A DNA stretch of 64,000 nt from Vicugna vicugna (lineage: Eukaryota): the NCBI GenBank assembly GCA_013265495.1, contig MU058788.1, forward strand, positions 1 to 64,000, in the 5' to 3' direction. Both the position numbers and the translations under genes were made by a program. Below, piece by piece: positions 52,211-64,000 of the stretch (its first letter is position 1; each line of letters starts with the position of its first letter). Below the pieces are notes generated by a model. It saw only the letters and a program-made list of their open reading frames with translations, was not told where the DNA came from and ran no database searches.

Positions 52211-55200
52211 TGGACAGCCCTCCACCCCACTTCCTAAAGGTGTCACACCAGGGGTGCCTCATTGTAATTCTGGCTTTTGCGGTAAATGTTGAACAGGCAT
52301 CCAATCCTCCCACCCTCCGCCCCCTCCCTGGTTCTTTCCTTCCTTTGAGGGGCTGGGACCCTTTGGGCCTCGTGGTCCCCTCCTATCAGGTGGCCCCTGG
52401 GTTCTGGCCGCTTGAGCACACACCTCCTCGCTCCTGAATTCCTCAGGTGCCAACGTGTGTTTGTTGAACTGAAATTCTTAAGCCTGCAGAATATTATTAT
52501 TCCCAGTTTGTCAAGACAGATACAACATGCTTTTTTTTTTTTTTCGGAGAATACTTAAAAGATTCTTGACAGGGTCCTGATGGTGTTTTAACAAGTTTTC
52601 AGGTCCTTGGTCAGCCAAGCTCAGGACCAGGAATAAATGTTTCATAAACAGCATAAGGGTGATGGAAAGAAAGGAGGTACCTTACGTGGAACTGTGGGTT
52701 CTGTGAATTTATGGAGGGCTGTCGTTCCTGCTTTTTTGATTCCTGTTCCTCCTGAGAATTTCCCTCTCTGACCTCAGGAAAGTCTGTAACACGGACCCCT
52801 TTCCTGGTGCTTTGGAGCGGGGTGGCCTGGGGCCGAGGATGGATGTGTCGTAGGAGAGATTTAGGGGACAGCTTCCTCATCTCCAATTCTGTCCCTTTGT
52901 CAGCAAGAAGCAGGAAAAGAGGATGGAGTGAATTGCTGTCTCCTAAAATGAGCTGTCCCCTCCAGGTTGCCCTCCCTGGTGAGCCGTCTGCATCGTGTTA
53001 AAGTGCGAAGACAAATTGTGTATCCCAGGAGCTACTTTTAGGTGCTGGGAAGTTTTCAGGGCTTACAAGGCTCAAAATCTTTTTTGTTCTCTTAGAAGAA
53101 CCTCCCCGACCCCTGAGAAACCAGCTTGACTCTTCCTTTTAAAGTCAGGAGAGGGGAGAGTGGATGACGCCCACGAGCGCAGGTATGCCCTGTGTACGGT
53201 TGAGTCTCCCATCCTGGCGGGAGCCGGGCACGTGCCCGCCACCCCCCAGCCTTGGCTGGAAATTGGATTTCCCACGCTGTGAATGCCGGAGCGGCGCGGC
53301 GCATCACAAGGGGACCTTCTTCTTGCGACAGCAACTTCAGCTTCACAGTAAGTGCGGTGGTTTTAGTCTTAAGGGTGAAGTTGTGTCTCTCTGAAATTAT
53401 CAGCCCAAGTGGGTAGGTTCCCGTTTTAGAATTCCTGGTTTATTTTCTGGAAGAGCTCGCAACAGACATGTTTCTGATGGGGAAGCTTTATACATCAGGG
53501 GTTCCCAATTTGGGGCCTTTGAAGAGTTAGTATTTGCAGAAGCCACTAGGTGATAGAAGGGCTTTGTGACAGCTGCCTCTGAGTCTGGGGTGAAGGACAC
53601 GCACTTAGTGTGGTAACTCAAGGCAGCTTGTGGCCTTTCCTTTTTCTCCCAAGAGAGACAGAACAAACTAAGTCACTCCCAGTGTTTTCTCTCGGCATTG
53701 ATGGAAACGCAGATTCTTTGGGAGAAGTAACAGAGAGAGTCTGGACAGTGGAGAGGTTGGAAACTTCCCAGCTGCTGTAACAGTGGCAGTGCTTTGGGGG
53801 GCTGTGGCGGGGGTGGGCGGCAGGAGCAGCGTGGACAGGGGTGTGTTATCTGAGGACTCCCTCTGGGGCCGGGAGAAGTGACATTTTGCTTTGATGGTCG
53901 TCCTGAGGCTGAGACCAAGATCCGTTGGTTTTCCTGAGATTGTGTTTAAAACACAGCCCTTTACTAAGGGATTCTTATCCCCCTCGTTGTTTGCTTTTGC
54001 AGAGTTAGAGCAGTCTTGTCCTCCTCTTGGGCGAGACTGTCCAGAAAAACAGGTGCTGGAAAGAGCTGTTCACAGGGGTGGAGAGAGACTTGTGGTTCTC
54101 TGTGTTTTAATAATCGCTCCTTAGATTTTGCGGAGGCCAAAATCACCTTAATAGATTTGAATAACATTTGTGGAATTTCAGCTTGCTCATCAGACACCTT
54201 CAGCGAGGCTTTTACTCTCTCTGCTGCGGTTTATTTTGCATCCACGAGCGACTGCTGCTTCTGTGCGAAGGTGATTATTTTTATTCAGCAAGAGGTGGCG
54301 CAGGGTTGAGCGTGGAGATGCTTTCCTGCAGCTGCCGTCTTCTCTCCTGGACAGATCGTCCGCAGCCACGCACGCGTTTCCAACTTCAGCCTCAGGGATG
54401 GGAAGAAACGCCAGTCAGCTCCTCTCCTGCTTGGTTTGGGCAGGTGTTGGTGGACTGCAGGGCTAGGGCTCTCCGAGGATGTATTTCTGCTTCCAGGAAA
54501 GAGATTCCTGCAGGATTTGTGTGTGGCTGTAAGGAGAAGAGTTGGTGGCTTTAAAAACACCAAAAAAGAAACACGTAATTATCATGTTGGCCCTTTCGCA
54601 GTTAACCCTGATTTTGTCCTCAATTCTGGAACAAGTCAGCTGAGGTAGACAAGCCCCTTCCTGGGTAATGGGTTGTTATTTATGTCTTTTATTCCTTTCC
54701 CCTAGTCATTTACCCGGCGAGAGTTGCCCCTACCTGACCTTCTGCAGATTTTTGCTCAGCATCTCCTGGAGCGATGATTTCTTCCTCCCGCAGAATTCCC
54801 TGCTCTGGTGGAGATGCTCACCCCAAAGAGCCACAGATTTGGTTTAATTAACTAACTGATTCAGCCAGTGTGTACTGCGGACTCACCGAGCTCGGCAGAC
54901 ACCGTGCCCCTGCTCAGCAACGAGCAGGGTATTCCCTCTGCCTCTCAAGTATCCTTAAGCTTCTCGTGCTCTGTAAAGATGCGGGGTGAGGCTGGTGCAT
55001 CTGCAGAGGTGGCGGGGGTGGAGCTCGGGCTGGGAGCTGCTGCAGGAGGCGGGGGAGGTGGGCTCTGATTCTGGCACAGGGCTCTCTCACCCAGTGCCTC
55101 CCGACGCCTTTCTCCAAAGCTTAATGGAACCACTATCTAAAAAAGCCCAAATCCTATCTTCCGGGGGATTTGGGCGGAGACGGCTGGGGAATCCTTTCCC

Positions 55201-56094
55201 AACATGGTGAAATAGGTTATCAGAACCAGCTGGAGGGCCTCAGAGCGCTGGCTGTCATGTTAGCCTGGAGATCTGCCATCTCAGCCCCCTGGCTTTCTAG
55301 TCTCAGGAATGGGAAGCTTTAAAGCCCCTGCCTCACTGGAGGCCTTGAGTCATAAAATAAATGCGATGCGCTGGGTGAGGGCAAGAGGAGGGAAACAGGT
55401 GGCCAGAGCTGCTTTGTGCCCGCCACCCACGTTGGCTCTCCTCTCTTAATAAGCTTCAGAAATCCTGGAATGCATAATTCACCAGCCCTGGAGTTCCACC
55501 CTCGTCCCCTGTTGCTTCAAAGTGTAAATGAAATTTGCCAAGCTGGCAGGAAGGAGCCGCGTTCCTGTTCTTTCTCCCCATCCCAGGAGGTGCTCGCAGG
55601 TCTGCCCGAGAGCAGTGATCGAGCAGGGATCGGCTTATTGCTGGTCTTTGCTGCTCACGGAGCTAATAAAGGGGCAGGAGGCAGCGGTTCGTTGTAAAGG
55701 CACCTGGGGCTCAGCCAGGCTGAGTCACCGCTGATTTTGGGAAATGCCGCGTAAGGCGCACGCCTTCAGCTCCCTGTGCTGGAGGGAAGTTTGCGACTGC
55801 ACACTCGAAAGATGAATCAGCTATGGGGAAAGGGGTCAAGAGGGACTCGCCAGGAATGAAGTGTGGGAGGGCTTGTGTGTGAAGATCCTGTCTTCTGTTC
55901 TGCTGGGTCTTTGCTCGCTGGAGGTGAGTCCCGATCCAGAGGTTGGGGTGGGGGGCGGGAGGGGATCTCTGTGCAGAATCTGTTCTGTTAACCCAGCCGG
56001 ACTTTGGCCCAAGGTGCAGTGGGCACAGACACATCTTTTCTCCAGACCAGACCCCGAGTTCAAGGGCCCCCAACCCTGGAGTTCTCATGACATG

Positions 56095-56530
56095 TGTCTC
56101 CTTGGTTCTGAAATGCACATTGGTTTCTCTCATTTTTTTTTTTTAGTTCTTTTTTTTTTTAATGGAAGTAGAGTCAGTTTACAATGCTGTGTCAATTTCT
56201 GGTGTACAGCATAGTGATTCAGTCATGCATATACATACATATATCCGTTTTCACGTTTTTCATTATAGGTTCCTGCAAGATATTGGATGCAGTTCCCTGT
56301 GCTACACAATAGGACCTTGTTGTTTATCTATTTTATAGGTAGTAGTTAATGTTTGCAAATCTTGAACTCCCAGTTTACCCCTTCCTACCTGCTTCCCCAT
56401 TTTAACATCTCTGAGATCAGGGTGCATCTTACGATGGACGGTGCGTCACTGTTTCATTGATGGCATTTTTCTTGCTAAGTGTTAGGGGACGTTCATGGCG
56501 TGCCCTGCAGTTGATGGGGCCCTGGATTCC
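56095..56530 (+). mobile_element. MER104 (TcMar-Tc2) split by an L1 insertion
   Basis: ttctgaaatgcacatt precedes the L1, and cattttaacatctctgagatcagggtgcatcttac...ggcattttttcttgctaagtg follows it; together they are contiguous MER104-like sequence. Confidence 0.7.
56133..56398 (-). mobile_element. 5'-truncated cetartiodactyl L1 3' UTR
   Basis: Poly-T then aatggaagtagagtcagtttacaatg...gtcaatttctggtgtacagca; clearly homologous to 9179-9547. Confidence 0.88.
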
Positions 56531-58022
56531 ATGATCCGTGTTGCTTTTGCCTAAGCTCTTGCGGGAATGGACTCTCTCCGATCCGCCTCGTCCCTCGTGG
56601 TGGTCAGCAGGGCTGAAGGGCGGCAGGTGCGCAGACAGCAGCACACAGGGGAGGGTTTCTGTCGGTGTCCTCGCGGTGTGTTTACGGGAGGCTAACCTGT
56701 GTTTGTATTTGGCTTTGGGGTTCGTGTCCCATTGGCTGATAAGGGTGGTTACCCCCACTTACACACTGCGGTGTGGGCACCAGCCTGGTTCGGGATGGGC
56801 ACCTAGCATGAGACAGAGACCTAGCTCTGCCTGGCGGTCGCGTCCAGTGCCCTGTCGCCTGCCTGTCAGCACGCACACTTTATCTTTCCAGCCTCTCCCA
56901 CTCACCTTTATCCTCAGCCCTTCTGGGCCTCCATGGCCGTTGTAGCCAGAGCAGTAAAGATGATTCATTTTGCTTGGCCTGTCTTCGAACCTGACTTCTT
57001 AGAGGCTGGTCTTGTGCAGTAGTTGCATATGAACCCCTTGGGCTCCATGAACGAGGGCACGCCGGCTCTCTTTGCTCAGGGCCAAGCACGGCACAGTAGC
57101 CAGGCCTCGTCGGTTTCCTGGACTCGGGTGATAACAGAGTTCTGTGCTCTCCACATGAATGAGCCGCATGTCTCTGGGCCGAGTTTATCTCTCCACGGGA
57201 GTTTGGCTATGCCTGTGGGGGAGGGCGTTCCATCCGCTGGAGATTTCAGTGTGGGGAGGGCTGCCAGCTGGAGCCGGAGCATCCATGTGGCCTGGCTGGG
57301 CCCCTGGACACCCGAGGCTCTGCGTCCCTGCAGTCAGCCGAAAGCCATGGTCATTTGACCACTGCCTTGGAAACCCAGCCACCCCTGGGGGTGCTTCAGT
57401 GCTTTTGTTGTGTGTTCAGCCATAGTGCCTGTTCATTTCACTCTCCGTCAGAGGCTTCGGGGATTGAGCTGGGAAGCGGACGATGCAGAGTGATGAGTAA
57501 TTACCGAGCCTTTCCTACACACCAGGCATGCGTGCGAGGGCATTCACTGCTACTCCTGTTGTTGGTAGCTTCTGTCCTCAGCCCCCATCTGATAGTCACT
57601 CTTGCCAAGCGCTGTGCCCAGTCCTCAGTCAGCAGGAGGACCACGCTGGTGGCTTGGGACAGTCCTGGGATGCATCCTGGATTAGCACGCTCCCTTCCCC
57701 TCTCCTGAGTGTCTCAGTTGGGATGACGGCATGTAAGTTCTGCCCTTGCAACAGCGCCTGGAAGAGGTGCCATTAGTCTCCCCGTTTTCAGTGATAAAGC
57801 CAAGGTGGAGTCTGGAGACATGCGGTGGGCATGTCGCAGCAATGCAGCCGTCACCCTGAGGATCAGAGCCCTGAGCCCGGTGGTCCAGGTTGAACAAAAG
57901 GAAGCTGGTTCCAGAAACCCGACCGCAGAGCCAGGAAGGCTGGGCTGCTCCGACGGTCCCTTTAGAAGGTGGCATCCGTCTGCAGGATGGGTGCTCTGGG
58001 AGTATAAGATCTTGCCTCTGGG

Positions 58023-58168
58023 TTTTGTTTGTTTGTTTGTTTGTTTGTTTTGGTGGGTGGGGGGAGGTGATTAGGTTTATTTATTTATTTTAATGGAGGT
58101 ACTGGGGACCGAACGCAGGACCTCGTGCATGCTAAGCACGTGCTCTGCCGCTGAGCTCTACCCTCTCC
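58023..58168 (-). mobile_element. Vic-1-type SINE (long form) with (GTTT)n tail
   Basis: ggggggaggtgattaggtttatttatttattttaatggaggtactgggg...catgctaagcacgtgctctgccgctgagct. Confidence 0.9.
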
Positions 58169-61100
58169 GCCCCCCGCGTATAAAATCTGACCCATCGCAG
58201 GGAGGTGGCTTGCGGAGTGGAGGAAGGAGCAGCTATGGCTGACGCTGCCTGGTCAGTGCAGGTGCTCACCTCCTCCTTGTCGGGGGGCCGGCTGCTCGGA
58301 CGGACTGAGAGGGAACTCGAGTGAGGAAAATGTGAATTGTCGTTTCTTCTCACAGGCTGCGTGCGTGTGGTATAAGCTGTTGATTAAAGAGCAGAGAATC
58401 ACAGAGCTCTTTAAACTTCCAGACAGGTTGCCGACGATTAAAAGTGGTTTACATATTTGCTGCTGGAGCGGGCATTTTGGAAGGTGGTTTATGTGAATAA
58501 TTAAAACAAAAAATTGTCCTAGAAGACGCCTTGTTCACCAGACTTGGGACAGAACTCAGAATCAAAGTTGGAGGAAGAGAGAAGAGCCCCGGCAGGCCCG
58601 TGTCCAGGGCGGGGCTGCCTCTGGGGTGGTCGTGTTGGGAGCCCGGAGTCCAGGGCTTGGCTGCCCCGCTGGTGCAGACGGATGTACCCTGTGTAAACTG
58701 TAAAGTGTGGTGAGAGGTGTGGGGTTTGCACAGACTCATTCATGGGTTCGCAGGCCTGCGGAGGGCAGGAGCTGGGTCAGGGCGGGTAGGGTGGTAAGGG
58801 GCACAGGGACCCTCACTCAAGACCCTCGGGACATTGTCCCTGAAGCAGTGAGGACAGTCCTGAAAGAGCAATTCTAATCAAACGCGTAAGTCTGCCATTA
58901 ACTAAGATAGAATATTCTAGGAAGAGGTTTTCTAATTTTTTTGGAAGGTGAAATCTGTCCTTCCGTCCTTATCCTTTCTGGGTGGACTGTCTGTCCTTTT
59001 TTTTTCTTCTCTATTTCATGAAAAAATGTGTGTGTTCAACCCACGACGCTGATTTCTCACCCCGCCCGTGGGCCTCCCCAGCAGCTGGAAAGCGCTCCCG
59101 TGAGACACGTGCCTCCCCCAGGAGATGTAACAACAGGGGTCCTGTAAACGGGACCTAGTTGCTTAAGGAGGTTTTCTCAGCAGAGGTGGGTTTTGGTGAG
59201 ATGTTTCGGGAGGAACACGCAAGCTGACTAGGGCCTGAGCACACCTGGGCGTTCCTCCTGCTTTTGACTGTTACGCGGTCGCTGGGGGGTGGGGGGAGCA
59301 GGGGGGCGCTGCAGCTCCCTGTGGGGTGTGCCCGGGCCCATCAGTGGCAGCAGGATTGGGGCCGCCAGCACCGTGGGAGGCAGCTGTGCCACGCGCACGA
59401 GTTTGCGCAGTCAGTCCCCCGACACCTGTCTGTGCCTCGAGAACCGGTGCTGCTCCTGGGTTCTCTGGCCCAGCGGGGGCTCCCTCGCAGGAGCCGTGGC
59501 TTGGTTATCATTTAGGCCCAGACTCTGGCTGCAACATCATGAAATCACGACATCGGTTTAGGCCTACTGACGTTTAGGGACCCTGATGAAGTGGGGCAGG
59601 GGGCGTGGCTCGGCTCTGACACTGAATGGTTAGTGGTAGAAGCACAGGTGGACCCTGCTTATTAGAGATTGCTCTTCCTTTCAGGGACGTGCCTTTGAGT
59701 GGCAGATCATCGGGCTTCATCAGAAACCGACCTGTGTTTATTAAAAGGCTGTGCTGGGCTCGGTGGGAGATGCAGGAGAAGTGTAAGAGGTGCTCAGTCC
59801 TCGTTCCCTGTGAGGAAGGGGAGTGACTCTGGCTGCGTGTGACCCCGAGGCTCGTTCCGCGGAAGGCCTGCTGCCTGGTCAGCCCTCGTCCAGGCTCGGA
59901 ATCTCTTGGGGGCAGGGGGCAGGGGGCAGGCATCAGCAGCCGAGTACGGGAACCAATGTTCTAAAATAAATCACCCTCGTGGCTGCCAGAGCCGTTTCCC
60001 GTATCCCTTACAGCACTTGGCTCCTCTCTCCCTAGCATCGGTGTTTACTTGTTTATTTTCCACCCCCGGAATTCGTAAGTCCAGGGTACTCTGTCTCAAT
60101 AAAATCAGGCCCTGGGCCTTGAAGGGTGGCGTGTGGGTGGGCAGGCAGGAAGCCCCCAGTGACCTGTCCAGGTTCACACCCCACTGCGGCCCCTTCCCAG
60201 TCATGGCCCCCTTCTCTGGCCTGGAGGTTGGAGGGCTCGCCTTGAATTCTCCTGCACAGACGTGAGCGCACACCTCTGGCTCCGAGTCTTGTACAACGTC
60301 CGGGCCCATCTGGGGACTTTAACAGAGGGCTGTGCCGTGAGATGAGCTGGGGGAGCAGCCCCACTAGATCTCACCACCCTCCCGGGTGGGAGGCTGCCCC
60401 CCGCCCAGCCTTCCTGCACCGGGTGTGGCCGCCCTGCCCGCAGGGGGCTTGGAGTCCCACCTGCCACTCTCACGGCCACTCTGCTGCCTTTCCAGCGGGC
60501 GTCCCGTCTGTCCGAGCGTTCGTTTCCTTACCCATGAAGGGAGGGGAATACAAACACTGGCTCCGTGAGCTGCTCGCAGAGGCTTAGCCTGGCGCCGGCG
60601 CTGACCCAGCACAGTGTGGGTCTGTTGTTTTCCTTGACATCCGCCCAGGTCTCCAGACCCTCAGAGTCCCAGACCCAAGCAGAGGCAGGAGGGCACCCGC
60701 CACCTGTATCGCCTTAAACCCGTTTCTTCCCCTGATGACCCCACTCACAGGCAGGAGCACAGAGCATCTGACACGCAGTGGTTGCCCAGAAGTGATCTCC
60801 CCAGGAGAGCACGCTGGAGAACGTTAGTGGTTCACATGGGAAGGTGGGGTCCACAGAAGAGTAACCCACACCTGTGATATGAGGCCTGTGGGTGCCCTGC
60901 CTCGTGTGACCAGAGCCGTGGAGGAGGGAGACTGCCTAGAACAGCAGAAACGGCGCAGGACAGGCCGGCATGTTAACTGGAGACGGCTGGGTGGTGGGGG
61001 CTGGTTTCAGAAGCGATGGGAGAGAGTTCTGCCGGCTGAGAGCTTTGGCCCAACTGTCCCAAGAAGGACATAGAGAGCTCCGCCCCCTGCCTCTGCAGTC

Positions 61101-62541
61101 CGCTTGAACCATTGCCCACTGATGATATTTGGTGCAAAGGACATTGTCTTAAGGAAGCTGGTGAAGGTCACGCTTTGGAACTTTGCTGCTTGGCTCCCCA
61201 GCCCAGCCCCAGTAGAACCGATATGACCGCATGGACCATTTTCTCTGTTTTATCAGTTAAATCAGTTTTTGGAAGGGTGATCAAGAGGATGTCTCTGGGC
61301 ACACTGAGCGATGTGGCACACTGTGCAGTTCACCAGGGCCAGGCGGCCAGAGTGGGCAGGGAGGACGGGCGCTCAGGCGAGGGGGACCTCGGAGGCCTGG
61401 GGTATCGGAAGGCTGGGGGCTGGGGTCGGCTGGGAGAGGGTGCTTCCTGGCGGCAGCAAAGCCCTCGAGGGGGTAGCAGGGAGAGGAGTTAGAGCAGTGG
61501 AGTCAGTTTGGGAAGCAGGGCCCGATGCCGGCGACCGGATGGACCGGGAAGGAGGAGCTGGCGGCACGGGGTCCGCCAGGTGCGGGTGGGATGCAAGCCG
61601 TGAGCCCGAGGTCGGCAGGCCCAGCAGCAGCATCTCGCAGCGCGCCCTCCTCCGCCTCTTTTTGGACCCGGGTGTCCCGACGCCAGGCCTGATGCTGTTT
61701 CCTGCAGTGGGGTCAGGGGTCTGGCGCAGAACCACGTGCGGCACGTGGCACGGGTGGTGGCCTTGTGGGCGGAGCTCTGGGTGGACCGGGGAACCTGACT
61801 CGGGGCTGAGAGTGTTGGTTCCTGAGGGACGTATACGTTGAGCGGCCCCGGTTCCATCCGCCTGGCCTGCAGCCCTTGGCTGAGCTGCTGGGCCAGTCTT
61901 CCAGGTCTGTGGCTGCCCCCTCCCCACCTCGTTTGGTCTTCCTGTGCAGCAGGGCTGGTCAGGGGAGGACAGGATCCCTGCTGTCTGCGGGCTGGCGATG
62001 GAGCAGAGACTCCTCTGGGCCGTTGTCGTCTGAGTACGAGCTCTGAGGATGTCACACAGGCCAGCACTTCGAGCAGTCAGAGCCTGGCTCCTTGTGGTCA
62101 GACCCCAGCCCTGTCGTGGGGACTTGACCCTACGCTCAGGGTCCCCACTTCCGTGGGGAGAGCCCTAGGCTCATGTGGCTGCTGCTCTGGGTTTTATTTC
62201 CCACCCCACCCCCGATAGATTTTTCTAGGGACTTTTCCGGTTGAGGTGAGACTGGGAATGCAAGTGCATGGAGGATGCGTTGAGAGAATTTGGTCATCAG
62301 CCGACCTTCTGGGAGAAGCGGAGAGGGACCAGAGGTGGAGCAGACCCCATGTGCTAAGTACCCCCCTGCCTTGGGCGGGGCTCTGCACAGAGGAGCGGTC
62401 ACTGGCGCCCTAGAGGACTTCCCACCCCCGGGGGGACATTCATGCTCTTCTCTCTAAAAGCAAGAAGCACCACTACCAACAGAGGCTGACAAAGGATGAG
62501 TTGAAGGTGTTGGTCATTCCTGATCTTTGGGAATGTGTACC

Positions 62542-62564
62542 TGTGTGTGTGTGTGTGTGTGTGT
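62542..62564. repeat. (TG)11 microsatellite
   Basis: Read directly. Confidence 0.9.
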
Positions 62565-63094
62565 ACAGGTGGTTGTGTGCCTGTGTGTGGATGGTCCCTG
62601 CTCAGTCTGACCAGCGATGCTCTAGGGTGTTCAGAGGCACCGCCCGGAGAGAGAGCACTGCACCCTCAGGACAGGGACCCAGGCAGGCTTTCTCTTGCCA
62701 GCTGAAGTCGTGAGGGCTTATTTCAGTCTTAACTTCTGATTTTCACTCTCAAATCCCAGAGCCAGCACTTGAATAGAAACGAGTTTGCTGTTAACACCTC
62801 TTTCTCTGATTAGCTTGTTGCTTTGAGTTAATTGTCAGGTTGCCTGAACAAAAGCTTCTTAAAATGAAAACTGTATCACTCGGGTAACTTACGTAAGATC
62901 AAACAAGGAAGACTGTCTCACCGAGGAGAGAGAGAAATACTCTGAATACAGAATGCAGAGCTCAGGACCTGAAACCTGGAAGCAGAATGTTCATGTCTCT
63001 TTTCCTGTACAGCTTGAGCGGCGGCCACCGGATTCGCCCACCAGCAGCCTCTTTCTGTTGTTACTGGATTTTTAATGTATTTCCTTTTAAAAGA

Positions 63095-63200
63095 TCCTCT
63101 TAGTTACAAGTAAAAACAGCCTGCTGGAGGCTAGCTTAAGCAGAAAAGAGAATTTATCATGGGGATGTGGGGGTATGTCACACTGCTAAGAATAGGTGGG
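63095..63200 (-). mobile_element. Possible old MLT1 LTR terminus
   Basis: ttagttacaagtaaaaacag...ctagcttaagcagaaaagagaatttat resembles the antisense 3' end of late MLT1 LTRs. Confidence 0.4.
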
Positions 63201-64000
63201 CTGTCTGGCCTCAGAAGGTGGGCGGGAACCAGGGCCTAGAAACAGCCCAGACTGTGGACTGGGCCGCGGGCAGGACCTTGGTGCCCAGCCTGGACAGAGG
63301 CCGCATCTCCCTGCAGGAACGGGTTGGCTTGGCGTGGCGTGGGTGCCCACTTCCGGTGCACCCGGGGAGCCTTGCACCCACATGGCTCGAGGTTGGCTGG
63401 GCAGGAGGCCTGGACAGTCTGGGCCCGTGGGCGAGGAGATCACTGTGTGTGGAGTGGTGTCTGGTGGGGGAGCGGCTGGTCTGGTCTCCACCAATTGAGC
63501 CTGGAGCCCAGGGCCCTGGAGGAAGGGCAGGCCGGCTCTCCCCTGGGCCTCAGTCGTCTGTATGGCTTCTTCCTCCCTCTCTCAGTGGTCCAGTTTTCCT
63601 GGCATTTGTGTCCAGTCTATAATTGGAGCCAAAGGGAACAGCCACTCTTGCCAGGAGCCCTGAGGAGGGGCTGTGGGGGGACAGGAAAGGACCTGTAGAG
63701 GTGACCCTCCCTCAAGGACGAGAAGTCTGCGCAGCACAGCTGGAGGCCGTCTTGCGGCCTGAGCTCAGCAGGCGGGACGCTACAGCGCAGTGTCCGGACA
63801 AAGCGCAGAAGAGGTGGCCAGGGACGGGTCATCGCCAAGAGCCGTTTAGGAGCTCAGCGCCCCCAGCGCAGACGGCGTCTGGGATTTCGGGTTTGCGGGC
63901 AGAGCCCTGATGTGGCAGGTAGGGGCCTCTCTTCCGGGGCTGCTGTGACTCCTCGCCGTGGCTGAAGGCTAGTCACCGCGTCTCTCTTTTGCAGAGTAAT

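Noticed and set aside
26000..64000. Further GALNT2 exons, nested genes, snoRNA/miRNA, or the human HDL-associated intron 1 enhancer
   Set aside because: No recognisable peptide or RNA family by eye. As I recall, the human HDL-associated enhancer lies much further into intron 1, so it cannot be placed here without alignment.

Overview
Mammalian genomic DNA, most likely camelid (camel/alpaca/llama), judged from seven tRNA-Ala(AGC)-derived SINEs of Vic-1 type. The only host protein-coding sequence I can support is coding exon 1 of GALNT2 (polypeptide N-acetylgalactosaminyltransferase 2): ATG at 24809, 42 codons, GT donor at 24935, inside a ~1.5 kb CpG island. Positions 1-24.4 kb are repeat-rich upstream sequence. 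Positions 24.9-64 kb are the 5' part of intron 1; I did not recognise exon 2. The rest is interspersed repeats (SINE, L1, L2, MIR, solo LTRs, hAT and Tc2 DNA transposons) and simple repeats. Repeat family names are from memory of consensus sequences and need RepeatMasker/Dfam confirmation. I found no convincing new multi-gene system. The best leads are local: an in-frame GUG in an ideal Kozak context 46 codons upstream of the GALNT2 AUG, Z-DNA/E-box tracts in the promoter and intron, a 5'-inverted L1 insertion, a ~50 bp micro-L1 insertion near the promoter, and several small tandem duplications.
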